From positions 96,001 through 160,000 of IMG/VR virus record IMGVR_UViG_3300047510_001668: a stretch of 64,000 nt of DNA. The stretch is one strand, 5' to 3'. The notes under the pieces were generated by a model. The model had not been told where the DNA came from and ran no database searches. It saw only the letters and a program-made list of their open reading frames with translations. The position numbers were made by a program, and so were the translations under genes. Position 1 is the first letter of the stretch; every line of letters begins with the position of its first letter. Below, piece by piece: positions 53,507 to 62,997 of the stretch. This DNA comes from a virus.

Positions 53507-54032
53507 ATGCTAACCGTTTTTGTAATTTGAGTTGACGCTTCTTCCACTTGTCCAACTCCCACTTCAACTTGAAATTGGATGCGTGAAATGTGAAATTGAT
53601 TCCCTCCATATGGTCATACTCATGTAACACCACTCTGGCACCTATCCCCTGAAACTTGCCAGATTTCATTTCACCCTTCTCATCCTGCCATTCAATGAAT
53701 ACTTCTTTGGGGCGCCTCAAGGTCAAGAAAAATCCTGGAAATGACAAACATCCTTCTTCTATAGCCACTTCTTCTTTGCTTACTCCCACCACATTGGGGT
53801 TGAAGAAGGCAATTTTTTCCTCTTTGGTGCCTATCACAAACACACGATAGGGAAGACCTACTTGATTGGCAGATAATCCTGCGCCATCCCACTCCACCAT
53901 TTTACTGTGTAAAGCTGCTGCCAGCTCCTCTGCCTTGTCACCATCCTTCTCGAAATCAAACGCGGGAGGCCGCGTGGTCATTCGTTCATCAGTGAAATGT
54001 ATCAATTGTAATTCATCAAGATTGAAATGCAT
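53496..54032 (-). CDS. def: peptide deformylase
   Basis: GAGLSANQVG, EGCLSFPG, LHEYDHMEG. Confidence 0.95.
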   Translation of the reverse strand: MHFNLDELQLIHFTDERMTTRPPAFDFEKDGDKAEELAAALHSKMVEWDGAGLSANQVGLPYRVFVIGTKEEKIAFFNPNVVGVSKEEVAIEEGCLSFPGFFLTLRRPKEVFIEWQDEKGEMKSGKFQGIGARVVLHEYDHMEGINFTFHASNFKLKWELDKWKKRQLKLQKRLAYGR

Positions 54033-54050
54033 ATCATCCTCTAATATTTA

Positions 54051-55763
54051 TTAGACAATCACCGAGAAATTCTGACGTTTGGTGAACTTCACCACATGAT
54101 TGAACTTATCAAACAACTGGTCACCTTTATGTGAAATCACCCAAACATTGGTGCCATCTCCCAATGTGTTCAACAACGTCATCACATAATCCGTGGCACT
54201 ATTATCTAAGCTACTATCAAACACCTCATCAAGAATAAGCAGATTAGTACTAGCACTATTCTTAAGCTTAGCGATTGTGCGCCACGTAAACAGAAGCGCC
54301 AAATCAATTCTTTGTTTCTCGCCTTCACTAAAGCTTTCATAACTAAAATCATCCCGATAACGTGATTTAATAACCTCATCGAATTTCTCATCTAATGTGA
54401 ATTGGACAAAGAAGTCCATGGATGTCAGAAACTTATTGACGAGTTTATTTATAGCCGGGAGATACTGCCTAATAATCTTGGTCTTGATACCAGAGTCTTT
54501 CAACAAGATGCCAGCAATATCATAGTAATCACTGAGTTCATTCAATTCACTGCGTTCCTTCACCACACCTAATGTATCCTTGGCTAGGTCTTTCAACTTG
54601 GCCTTTTCCACATCAATGTTTCCCACCTTCTGGCTGACATCCGCCTTCTCCAATTCCAATCGTTGAATGAACCGTTCCGTGGATGCTAGTTCAGATTTCA
54701 CTCCGGAAATCTCCTCATTCAACTGAGTGATTTCTTTGTTGATGGTGGCAATCACTGTCAAACGCTCCTGGAGCATCATCTTCTGGTCTTCAATCTGTTC
54801 AATGTTATTTTGCACCTTCTTCAAATCACCTGACCGTTCATCAATGATGTCCTTCTTGAAATCATGTTCAATGCCTTGCTTACACTTGGGACAGGTGTCA
54901 TTGTTATGATAGAAGGAAATTTCTTTTTCTATAGATGTGGCTGTTAATTCAAATTCTCGGACTTGCCGTAGGATTTCGGAAACAGCTTCATTAACACTAG
55001 ATGCATCCCCAATGCTGTTAAAATGATTATTTCTTCTATCATCAAGATGAAGTAACATATTCCGTTTATTATGGACTTCATTGCCAGCCTCCTGAATTTT
55101 CACCTCGATGTCAGCAATTCGTGCGTCACGATCCTCTTCCAACGTCTTGATGTAATCTTGCTGAATCTCGGCTTTGTTTTTTGCCAGTGCAATTTTATGT
55201 TCCACATCCGTCATCTTCACTTTCAATTCTGTTATCTTTTCTTTCAACACCAGATTCATGGATGTGAAAATCTTGATGTCCAGAATATCTTCAATCACCT
55301 CACGCCGAGCAGCAGCTGGCAGTTGCATGAATGGTGTAAATGATGCTGAACCCAAAATCACAATCTGTGTAAATGACTTGAAGTTCAATTTCAGAATGTT
55401 TTCTTCCAGATACTTCTGATAATCTCGGCTGGCAGCATCCTGATTCAACAGATTGCCATCCACCCAAATCTCAAACACGGCAGGCTTGATGCCTCGGATA
55501 ATCTTGTAATTCTTGTTGCCAATATAAAATTCAATTTCCACCATACAGTTCTTGCCATTGATGGTGTTCACCAACTGAGGCTTGTTGATGTTACGATAGG
55601 GCTTGCCAAACAAAGCAAAACAAATGGCGTCCAACAACGTGCTTTTACCACTGCCATTTTCACCCACAATCAATGTAGTGGGGCGAACATCCAACTGCAA
55701 TTCTGTATAGGCATTTCCTGTGGACAGGAAATTACGCCATCGAACTTTCTTGAAATGAATCAT
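54051..55763 (-). CDS. 46: recombination endonuclease subunit (T4 gp46, Rad50/SbcC-like)
   Basis: GENGSGKST, CPKC zinc hook, FSEGEKQRIDL, ILDEVFD. Confidence 0.97.
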   Translation of the reverse strand: MIHFKKVRWRNFLSTGNAYTELQLDVRPTTLIVGENGSGKSTLLDAICFALFGKPYRNINKPQLVNTINGKNCMVEIEFYIGNKNYKIIRGIKPAVFEIWVDGNLLNQDAASRDYQKYLEENILKLNFKSFTQIVILGSASFTPFMQLPAAARREVIEDILDIKIFTSMNLVLKEKITELKVKMTDVEHKIALAKNKAEIQQDYIKTLEEDRDARIADIEVKIQEAGNEVHNKRNMLLHLDDRRNNHFNSIGDASSVNEAVSEILRQVREFELTATSIEKEISFYHNNDTCPKCKQGIEHDFKKDIIDERSGDLKKVQNNIEQIEDQKMMLQERLTVIATINKEITQLNEEISGVKSELASTERFIQRLELEKADVSQKVGNIDVEKAKLKDLAKDTLGVVKERSELNELSDYYDIAGILLKDSGIKTKIIRQYLPAINKLVNKFLTSMDFFVQFTLDEKFDEVIKSRYRDDFSYESFSEGEKQRIDLALLFTWRTIAKLKNSASTNLLILDEVFDSSLDNSATDYVMTLLNTLGDGTNVWVISHKGDQLFDKFNHVVKFTKRQNFSVIV

Positions 55764-56803
55764 ATCTCTAGATTTTGTGCCTCAACATACAATGTTTTCA
55801 GCAACGTTTTCAATCGTTCTTTATCCTTTTCTGATTCCACTGAGTCCACATATTCAGATAACAATGTCATGGTATCTTCAATGTTCACTGCTTCACTTTC
55901 CAATGCTTCAGATTCAAACTCAGAAAAATCTTCATGGACGGTCAATTCAATCACTTCATTAATATACAAGGCATCCAACAGTTTGTCAAATCTTTGATAG
56001 TCATTTTTATGAACGACTATCACCTTTACGCAACACTTCTTGTAGGCAGAAGCATCCACCGTGGGCTTTCTGTCATCATAGTAAATCTTATGAAAGATGC
56101 GATTGGGATTGGGAATGAATGTAAGTTCCTTGGTCACGGTGTCCAGAATGTGAAATCCTCGAACATCCTCGAAATCACTCCAAATCATTTCATAGGGACT
56201 GCCTAGATAGTACACATTATCATCTGTGCTTCTGTGATGAAAATGGCCGGTCAACACCATGTCATAATGTGACACCAGTTCACGATCCATCCCACCTTCA
56301 TTGGTGGCACCACGAAACATATCAAATCCAGAAATTTCAAAATGCCCAAGACCAATTCCCCGATGGCGCTTCAGAAAGTCCATGGTGGCATCATGATTGT
56401 CTGGACACACCCAAGGAATGAAACTGAAATCTTGCCCACCAAAATTCATCTCAGCACATTTCTGGATGATATGGATGTTCTCATATTCACGAAGTAGCAA
56501 ATCAATGCTGTTCACTTCATTGGTGTTCTTGTAATAGGTGTCGTGATTGCCAGGAATCACGTACATGTCTGCACCTAATTCTGCTAAAGGACCAAAGAAA
56601 TAATTTTTGCAAGAGCGAAGTGTGGCAAAATTAATATACTTGCGCCTATCAAAAACATCACCCAAGTGGAAAACTGTTTTGATATTGTGTTCAGTAATAT
56701 AGGGAAAGAATGTTTCATCATAGAATTTCCTGAAGTAGGCATCGAAATGTTGTGAATCATTTCGTGCACCAAAATGTGTATCAGTTAAAATGGCGATTTT
56801 CAT
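55760..56803 (-). CDS. 47: recombination endonuclease subunit (T4 gp47, Mre11/SbcD-like)
   Basis: TDTHFG, LGDVFD, PGNHD, GHFE, TGHFH. Confidence 0.96.
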   Translation of the reverse strand: MKIAILTDTHFGARNDSQHFDAYFRKFYDETFFPYITEHNIKTVFHLGDVFDRRKYINFATLRSCKNYFFGPLAELGADMYVIPGNHDTYYKNTNEVNSIDLLLREYENIHIIQKCAEMNFGGQDFSFIPWVCPDNHDATMDFLKRHRGIGLGHFEISGFDMFRGATNEGGMDRELVSHYDMVLTGHFHHRSTDDNVYYLGSPYEMIWSDFEDVRGFHILDTVTKELTFIPNPNRIFHKIYYDDRKPTVDASAYKKCCVKVIVVHKNDYQRFDKLLDALYINEVIELTVHEDFSEFESEALESEAVNIEDTMTLLSEYVDSVESEKDKERLKTLLKTLYVEAQNLEI

Positions 56804-57030
56804 AGCTCATCGAATGGCGTGTGATAGGCAATCAACAACTTACACGCCTCAATATGCTTTTCAATATCCACAATGTCCTGTTCCAGGTCCGTGGTGAATA
56901 CATCACCCCGACCCAACTTCTTCACCCGCTCTAAGCTTTCAATGAAGCCTTCTAAATTGTTTTTAAGTTCTTGGGCTACAATGTTGTCCACCGTGTCCCA
57001 ATCCAATTCCACTGTGAATTTTCTTGACAT
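56800..57030 (-). CDS. hypothetical protein
   Basis: Track ORF, coupled to gene 47. Confidence 0.65.
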   Translation of the reverse strand: MSRKFTVELDWDTVDNIVAQELKNNLEGFIESLERVKKLGRGDVFTTDLEQDIVDIEKHIEACKLLIAYHTPFDEL

Positions 57031-57033
57031 GAT

Positions 57034-57483
57034 TTATCCCTCGTAGATGGCAGAGTTGCTTCCATGTTCAAACACTTCCACACTCTTTAAACGAACACGA
57101 TTCTTTGACATGGATAATACTTGTGGAGCAATATCAGTGTAAACAATCTCAGCAAACTTTTCACACCCGACACCTGTGAATATGCGAAGTGTTAATATAC
57201 CTGCGTCATCCATCTGCTTGAACAATGACAGATGTGGGTCATCTGCTGCCACAGCAGTTGTATGGTCAAAGGCTTCTTCCAGATACATCTTGATCCACTT
57301 GGTATCACCGAAATCATATACCCAATTTCTTTCATCCAATGTATCTGCTTCGAAAATGAAACGAAATCCCAAGCTGTATCCATGTACTTGATTACAATGG
57401 GATGTGGCACGCCACTGACGAAAGGCGCAACTCAATCCACGGTCATTGCCAAATGTCTTTGTTGAATAGTACTTCATGGTCAC
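57034..57483 (-). CDS. queD: 6-carboxy-5,6,7,8-tetrahydropterin synthase
   Basis: SHCNQVHGY, FDHT, GCEKFAE, VEVFEH. Confidence 0.92.
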   Translation of the reverse strand: MTMKYYSTKTFGNDRGLSCAFRQWRATSHCNQVHGYSLGFRFIFEADTLDERNWVYDFGDTKWIKMYLEEAFDHTTAVAADDPHLSLFKQMDDAGILTLRIFTGVGCEKFAEIVYTDIAPQVLSMSKNRVRLKSVEVFEHGSNSAIYEG

Positions 57484-58499
57484 CTCGCAAGATAAGAGTA
57501 CATAACATCAGCATTCAGATACTTCAAAGCCAGAATCCCTCTTTGACGCTCCATCAAACTTTCATAACTATCATAATTATCTATCTTGTCCTGAATGAAA
57601 TCTTTCAGTTCCTGTTTGTGAAGTTGAAAGTTGTCCCAACTGTTGGTCCACTCAGAAGGATACTTGAAAGGCTTCAGATACATTTCAGCATAACTACATC
57701 TGTCCGGTACAATCGGGATGGCACCAGCCAAACATCCTTCCATCATACTGATGCCTAGATTCTCATGCAAAGCACAACTGAACACCGCCTTGCTGGTTCC
57801 CAACAAATGATAATAATCTTCTTTCACCAAGTTCAATTTCTGTGAAATCACCACATCCAGTTGTTCAGCAATCTCTGGCTGTTTGTCAGCATTGTATCTG
57901 TGAGGCCAAATCACCTTGTTCTCTTTAGGAAAGTTGATGTACTTGGCCATGTCCACACTCATTATCTTATGTGGTTGTCCTGATAGAATTGCCTTTCTGT
58001 GATGTTCAGGTGTGATGTTCAGGTTGTTCAGGAACATCTGACGATGAAACTCTGTAGCGAAATAGTTGTAATCACAGGCATGATACCAACTTCTTTCTGC
58101 ATGATTGGCTGATTCACCTTTCATCTTCATGCCCAAGATGTCTGTGGGGTCATAGGCACCTGCATGCCAGATGCCATGAATCTCCACAGGAATCTCCAGC
58201 AAGTCACTCATGTATCTGATGGCAGTGATGGCAAAGTTCCAGGCATCTGTGACCAGAAACTTGTCACCTGGCTTCACTTGATTCATCATGAACAAATCAG
58301 CAATCTGTTTCACTTGTGATGCCTTGTACTTGTTGGTGAAGGCAAAGTTCAAAAAGGCACCTGAAGTGGTTCCAGAATCCACGGGGTCACCAATGGTTCT
58401 GTTCGCCAAACCGCGACGGTCCAGGTCCTTGGGAATGTTGTGATACCATTGTTTGGTGTAGCGTTGGTCAATGGGTTCAATAGGGATGATGAAAATCAT
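57480..58499 (-). CDS. GT-B fold (GT4-like) glycosyltransferase
   Basis: IWHAG, IWPHRYNADKQPE, ALHENLGISMMEG (E-x7-E) motif. Confidence 0.82.
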   Translation of the reverse strand: MIFIIPIEPIDQRYTKQWYHNIPKDLDRRGLANRTIGDPVDSGTTSGAFLNFAFTNKYKASQVKQIADLFMMNQVKPGDKFLVTDAWNFAITAIRYMSDLLEIPVEIHGIWHAGAYDPTDILGMKMKGESANHAERSWYHACDYNYFATEFHRQMFLNNLNITPEHHRKAILSGQPHKIMSVDMAKYINFPKENKVIWPHRYNADKQPEIAEQLDVVISQKLNLVKEDYYHLLGTSKAVFSCALHENLGISMMEGCLAGAIPIVPDRCSYAEMYLKPFKYPSEWTNSWDNFQLHKQELKDFIQDKIDNYDSYESLMERQRGILALKYLNADVMYSYLAR

Positions 58500-58897
58500 A
58501 CGGCAGGTACCAAAGTAACAGTGGGTGTGATGAACGGCTTGTAAATCAAAATGGCGCCATTCTCACCATCTTCACTAACACCTGCCTCTATCACACGACC
58601 AGGATAATTCTTTTTGATGTATTCAATCAAATCCTCAGCAATCATTTCACAACTCTTGTGATCCAATTGGAGTAAGTTTTCACTATATAAAGCTTCCAGT
58701 TCACGTTTGAACATGATGAATTCAATATCTCGGTCATTGTGTGTCACTGCCACACGAACACGGAAATGAAACATATGGCGGTGAGGATATCCTAGAAAAC
58801 TCACGGAACACAATTTAGGGTCTTCCAAAGCAGCGGGATACTTGTGAACCCCTTCTCGTTGGAATGTGACTTCAATATATCGTTCTATAGTTTCCAT
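58496..58897 (-). CDS. second T-fold QueD-like protein, DpdL-like (putative CDG decarboxylase)
   Basis: LGYPHRHMF (LxxxHRHxF), SCEMIAE, VSEDGENGA. Confidence 0.65.
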   Translation of the reverse strand: METIERYIEVTFQREGVHKYPAALEDPKLCSVSFLGYPHRHMFHFRVRVAVTHNDRDIEFIMFKRELEALYSENLLQLDHKSCEMIAEDLIEYIKKNYPGRVIEAGVSEDGENGAILIYKPFITPTVTLVPAV

Positions 58898-60201
58898 TAG
58901 AAATCCTCCGGAAGGCTTGCGGGTTGACCATCTTCAATAGGTGTGCTATCCAAACTTGAACCTGCATGTTGCAACCAGTACTCGAAATCTTGTCGAGACT
59001 TCACACTTCTCATGGCATCAATGGTGGAGTAGGTTAACGCATCCACCAATCCATGAGCCTTAGAGAAATCATTGGACACAGTTTCCACATGACGTATAAA
59101 GTTCATGGTGCTCCCCACAAAGTAGGCACTGAATGCCTCTAATGGTGGGAGAAAGTTTCCATTGTGCAACTTCTGATAGGCACGAACTGGAATGTTCATG
59201 GCTTCCATGAAGAAGTCATCATCTACAATGTAGTCTTTAACATACTTTCTGACATCACTATTGATGAAACTGTAATCTTCTGCACCTTGACCACCATTCT
59301 CTGTCTGATAATTGTTTTCATCATCACGAAACAATCTGCCTGGTGTGATCCACTTGAAGTCTGGTCCATAATATCGACCCATCTGCACACCTGATGTATG
59401 AGTGGTGCTGTCATAGCTCACCAAGGTGTTCTGATACACATCATGATGTTGCATGGCAATCACAGGAAGCAATCTGGACACCGACCCGACACCCAACAAA
59501 TGGAAGTGATGTGTGGTCTTGGACAATGGCAGTTGTGTATAATAGAATGCTCTCTTGCAATCTTCCAGTGTGCCAGTACCTAGTGCCACAGCTCCCAATG
59601 CCACACCACCAATGAACTCATGAAGTTCCTTGGGAATTTCTTCCAAGGCCAGTTCTGTCCAACGAACATAGCTATCCAAATCATTGCCTTGTGCAATGAA
59701 GAAAGGTCTTGCCTTGGATCCCATCTTGATGAAAGTCTCAATCTGGTCACGAATGTTCTTGCCTGATTCTCTGGCACACCATTCAAACTTGCTTCTGTCG
59801 AAATACTTGCTGCTGGTGTCTGACCTGGAGGACCTGGCGGACTTCAATGACACAGGAATCTCATCAAAGCTCATGGCACAATCTGAATAGTTGCCTTGAT
59901 TGGTGTACACTTCCTGCTTCAATTGTGGCGTGATGGTCTTGCCCAGAGTAATCATCTGAAGACCACCTGAGTCGGCGTAAATCTGATTCACACCTTTGCC
60001 ACGATACACATCACGAAAGAATTCACCAAACTCCTTTTCAATGAAAGCATTGTACAGAAAGGAGAATTCATGGTTGTGTTGTCCACGAAGCAATGCCCAC
60101 AAATCATTCAATCTGTTGGCGGTATCACCACTATGGGACTCCTTGAATCGAACACGGAGAAAGGATAATCCTGATGCCACATATTCAAATTTCATAATCA
60201 A
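58897..60201 (-). CDS. dpdA: TGT-fold guanine transglycosylase (DpdA-like)
   Basis: YADSGGLQ, MSFDEIP, IAQG, HLLGVG, YDSTTH correspond to TGT catalytic motifs; clustered with queD/queE/folE. Confidence 0.75.
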   Translation of the reverse strand: MIMKFEYVASGLSFLRVRFKESHSGDTANRLNDLWALLRGQHNHEFSFLYNAFIEKEFGEFFRDVYRGKGVNQIYADSGGLQMITLGKTITPQLKQEVYTNQGNYSDCAMSFDEIPVSLKSARSSRSDTSSKYFDRSKFEWCARESGKNIRDQIETFIKMGSKARPFFIAQGNDLDSYVRWTELALEEIPKELHEFIGGVALGAVALGTGTLEDCKRAFYYTQLPLSKTTHHFHLLGVGSVSRLLPVIAMQHHDVYQNTLVSYDSTTHTSGVQMGRYYGPDFKWITPGRLFRDDENNYQTENGGQGAEDYSFINSDVRKYVKDYIVDDDFFMEAMNIPVRAYQKLHNGNFLPPLEAFSAYFVGSTMNFIRHVETVSNDFSKAHGLVDALTYSTIDAMRSVKSRQDFEYWLQHAGSSLDSTPIEDGQPASLPEDF

Positions 60202-60707
60202 CTCTTTAGAATTTTCAGAAGATGTTTGGTTTGATATACAGCATCATCCAAGGCATTATGATAACTACCAGAACGTTCATCAAAAGGCATCTGAATGATT
60301 TCCTTCATGGTACGATAACATCTATCCATCCAAGGTGTCCAGGGACGATTCATGCCACAGGCCTTGTAGGCGTTGTCCATGATGACGTTATCAAAACCTG
60401 CTCCACAACCCCATGTTGGGAGCGGCTTGGATCCATACCAGTGTGAAAATTTCACCAAGGCGTCATGAAGGGGAAGATTGTCTTTTCTCAACATCTCCAA
60501 CACTTCACGGGGTTGTTTACTCCACCAACGCACGGTGTCTGCTGAAATGTCCAGACCTAACTTCTTGCAATCAGCGGCATCTACGGTGCAGTAGAAGGTG
60601 TCCATGATGCCATCATCAATGGTGAACTTCACGGCACCTATGGAACAGATGGCTGCGTTGGATTCCACACTCATGGTCTCCAGGTCCAACATCACATTCA
60701 CAGACAT
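60198..60707 (-). CDS. DEDD 3'-5' exonuclease (DUF5051/ExoVIII-like)
   Basis: MLDLETM, FDNVIM, DRCYRT, HNALDDA. Confidence 0.88.
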   Translation of the reverse strand: MSVNVMLDLETMSVESNAAICSIGAVKFTIDDGIMDTFYCTVDAADCKKLGLDISADTVRWWSKQPREVLEMLRKDNLPLHDALVKFSHWYGSKPLPTWGCGAGFDNVIMDNAYKACGMNRPWTPWMDRCYRTMKEIIQMPFDERSGSYHNALDDAVYQTKHLLKILKS

Positions 60708-60708
60708 A

Positions 60709-61407
60709 TCACTTAATCAGGTTCATGAACTCTGAACGAAGCGCTGGATCTGCCTTGAAAGCACCACCCAACTTGGATGTGATGGTTGTGGAGTGTGGGT
60801 CTTCCACACCACGCGCTTTCACACAGAAATGCTCGGCGTCAATCACCACTGCCACATCATCTGTCTCCAGAATGAATGCCAAGGCATGATAGATTTGTTC
60901 AGCCAAACGTTCCTGAACTTGAGGACGGCGTGAGAAATATTCCACCACACGATTCAACTTGCTCAATCCCAACACCTTCTTGCGAGGGATGTAAGCCACG
61001 TGAGCATGTCCGTGAATGGTCACGAAATGATGTTCACAACATGATGTGACACCAATGTTCTTCTCCAACACCATCTCATCATAGCCCATCTTGTTCTCAA
61101 TGGCAGTACACTTTGGGAACATGGCAGGATCCAATCCCCAAAACAATTCATTCACGAACATCTTGGCGACACGAGCGGGACTATCTTGAAGTGAATCATC
61201 CTTCAAATCCATGCCTAAAGTTTCCATGATGGCAGTGAAATGTTTTTCAATCTTCTTCACCTTTCTGTCAGCATATTCACTGGACTGAATGGTGGGGGTT
61301 TCCACTCCTAGTGACACTAGATGCTTGTGCACCTTGGCACCCAGTTCAGGGTCACACTTACCCATGGCAGTACGAATGGCGCTGGCGTTATAACGTTGTG
61401 CTTTCAT
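60709..61407 (-). CDS. folE: GTP cyclohydrolase I
   Basis: CCEHHF, GLSKLNR, RPQVQERL, HFCVKARGV; start reassigned by GGAG SD. Confidence 0.96.
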   Translation of the reverse strand: MKAQRYNASAIRTAMGKCDPELGAKVHKHLVSLGVETPTIQSSEYADRKVKKIEKHFTAIMETLGMDLKDDSLQDSPARVAKMFVNELFWGLDPAMFPKCTAIENKMGYDEMVLEKNIGVTSCCEHHFVTIHGHAHVAYIPRKKVLGLSKLNRVVEYFSRRPQVQERLAEQIYHALAFILETDDVAVVIDAEHFCVKARGVEDPHSTTITSKLGGAFKADPALRSEFMNLIK

Positions 61408-61408
61408 A

Positions 61409-62314
61409 TTATCTCCCGATGATGTTTCCAAAGACGTAACATTGATTTCGTGTGGCGACATTGAATCCACGATTCATGGCCTCAACACACAAGTTTGCAA
61501 TATCAGGATGTTCTTGAGCATCCTTTGTGGCACCCACAGGCATCACCCAAACCTGTGGCATGAATTGCCCACATAGTAATCTAATACGATCCAACTGATG
61601 GTCAAGCTCTTTCCAACATTCAATTGTACCATTGCACACAAACTTCAATACACTTGTGGAAAGGCTGAATGTGTAATCCCGAATCACATCTGGATTGATG
61701 GCATTTTCTTCACCGGACACATTGAACAACTTGGGACTCATGGCCCAATGCCACCTGTATCCCCCAAACTGACGAAAATCCTGAGCGATGAATTGTTTCA
61801 ACTCATCAGACATTTTGGTTGTGGCATTAGTTTCAATGGTAACAATTCTGGGCATGTTTCCCATGTGAGCCATTTGCGTTAGAATTGCCACTATGGCTTT
61901 CTGCTGCAACATGGGTTCACCACCAGTGAAACACACCATGACATCTTGTTGAGTCTTGGGATGTAGGAACAATCCTTCAGGATTATGTTCACTCTTGTTG
62001 GCGTCAATCAACCGCTGTGCCACTTCTGCGGGAGAGCCATCATGTGCCAGATGCTTGTATAGTTGTGACCAGGAATAGGATGAGTCACACCCATATTGCC
62101 ACACAGGAAGTTCTGCCACTGACTTCACAGAATCCACATTGAATTCCTTGTAGGGAAGAACATATGTGGATGGGTCAGTGGGATTCTGTTGTCCAAATCC
62201 ATGACAATTTAAATTACATCCAAAGAAACGTAACCAAACAGAAGGCACACCTGCCAGTTCTGCTTCACCTTGGAACGAATAGAATATTTCTGAATACCGA
62301 ATTCTCATAAACAC
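61409..62314 (-). CDS. queE: 7-carboxy-7-deazaguanine synthase (radical SAM)
   Basis: EIFYSFQGE, RFFGCNLNCHGF...CDS, FTGGEPM, ETNAT, SPKL. Confidence 0.93.
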   Translation of the reverse strand: MFMRIRYSEIFYSFQGEAELAGVPSVWLRFFGCNLNCHGFGQQNPTDPSTYVLPYKEFNVDSVKSVAELPVWQYGCDSSYSWSQLYKHLAHDGSPAEVAQRLIDANKSEHNPEGLFLHPKTQQDVMVCFTGGEPMLQQKAIVAILTQMAHMGNMPRIVTIETNATTKMSDELKQFIAQDFRQFGGYRWHWAMSPKLFNVSGEENAINPDVIRDYTFSLSTSVLKFVCNGTIECWKELDHQLDRIRLLCGQFMPQVWVMPVGATKDAQEHPDIANLCVEAMNRGFNVATRNQCYVFGNIIGR

Positions 62315-62332
62315 CTCACAGGTAGTACTAAT

Positions 62333-62361
62333 AGTATAATCATTATTTAGGAACTTGTCAA
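62333..62361 (-). promoter_or_regulatory. early promoter of the deazaguanine cassette
   Basis: TTGACA-N17-TATACT immediately upstream of queE. Confidence 0.8.
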
Positions 62362-62364
62362 CTT

Positions 62365-62997
62365 CTACTCGTATTCAATTTCTCCCATTTCCACGCTTTC
62401 ATTCACTTGAAGCACATCAATATGGTGAGATTCATCTAAACCATTTTCATCATCCAATTTCTGAAGATACTTGGGTTTTCTGGTCATCTTCTTGTCTTTC
62501 TTGGCTTCATGAAGTTCTTGTTGAGCTGTGTCAGCTTGTTGTTTCAGATACTTGATGAAGCCATTATCATAGCTCCCTTCATCATGTGCTTGTCGAATGA
62601 TGCCTTCAATATCTAAAGATTCAATGTATCGGTATTTGGTTTGCAGATATTTCTTTTCCTTTTGAATTCTACGCACAAAGGCGTAGTAGGTGATTTGCGT
62701 GAAATAGGCAAAAGGGTTGCTGGACTTCTTGGGATCAAAGTTGTCCATGTAGATGAGGCAATTCTCAATGGCATCCAGAATCATATCTTCTCGGAAGCTG
62801 TAATTGATGAAATTGCTTTTGTAGGCTAAATGATTGGCAATTTTTATGAAGCAATCACCAATGTAGTCAGGCACCTGAGGGCGTTCCTCTTCATTCTTTT
62901 TCGCCTGATTCACTTCTTTCTTGTAATCAATCAGTGCCTGTAGGAACTGCTTGTTATCTATGTAATGCTTGCTGTTTTCATCCTTCTTCTTCGCCAT
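62365..62997 (-). CDS. 55: late-transcription sigma factor (T4 gp55)
   Basis: HYIDNKQF, IGDCFIKIA..LAYKSNFINY, NPFAYFTQI..AFVRRIQKEK. Confidence 0.95.
   Translation of the reverse strand: MAKKKDENSKHYIDNKQFLQALIDYKKEVNQAKKNEEERPQVPDYIGDCFIKIANHLAYKSNFINYSFREDMILDAIENCLIYMDNFDPKKSSNPFAYFTQITYYAFVRRIQKEKKYLQTKYRYIESLDIEGIIRQAHDEGSYDNGFIKYLKQQADTAQQELHEAKKDKKMTRKPKYLQKLDDENGLDESHHIDVLQVNESVEMGEIEYE

Noticed and set aside
58897-60201. Canonical tRNA-guanine transglycosylase for queuosine in the phage His/Asp/Asn/Tyr tRNAs
   Set aside because: Lacks the recognisable bacterial Tgt zinc-binding Cys cluster and overall similarity, has no queC/queF/queA partners, and sits in the T4 DNA-modification locus; disfavoured but not formally excluded
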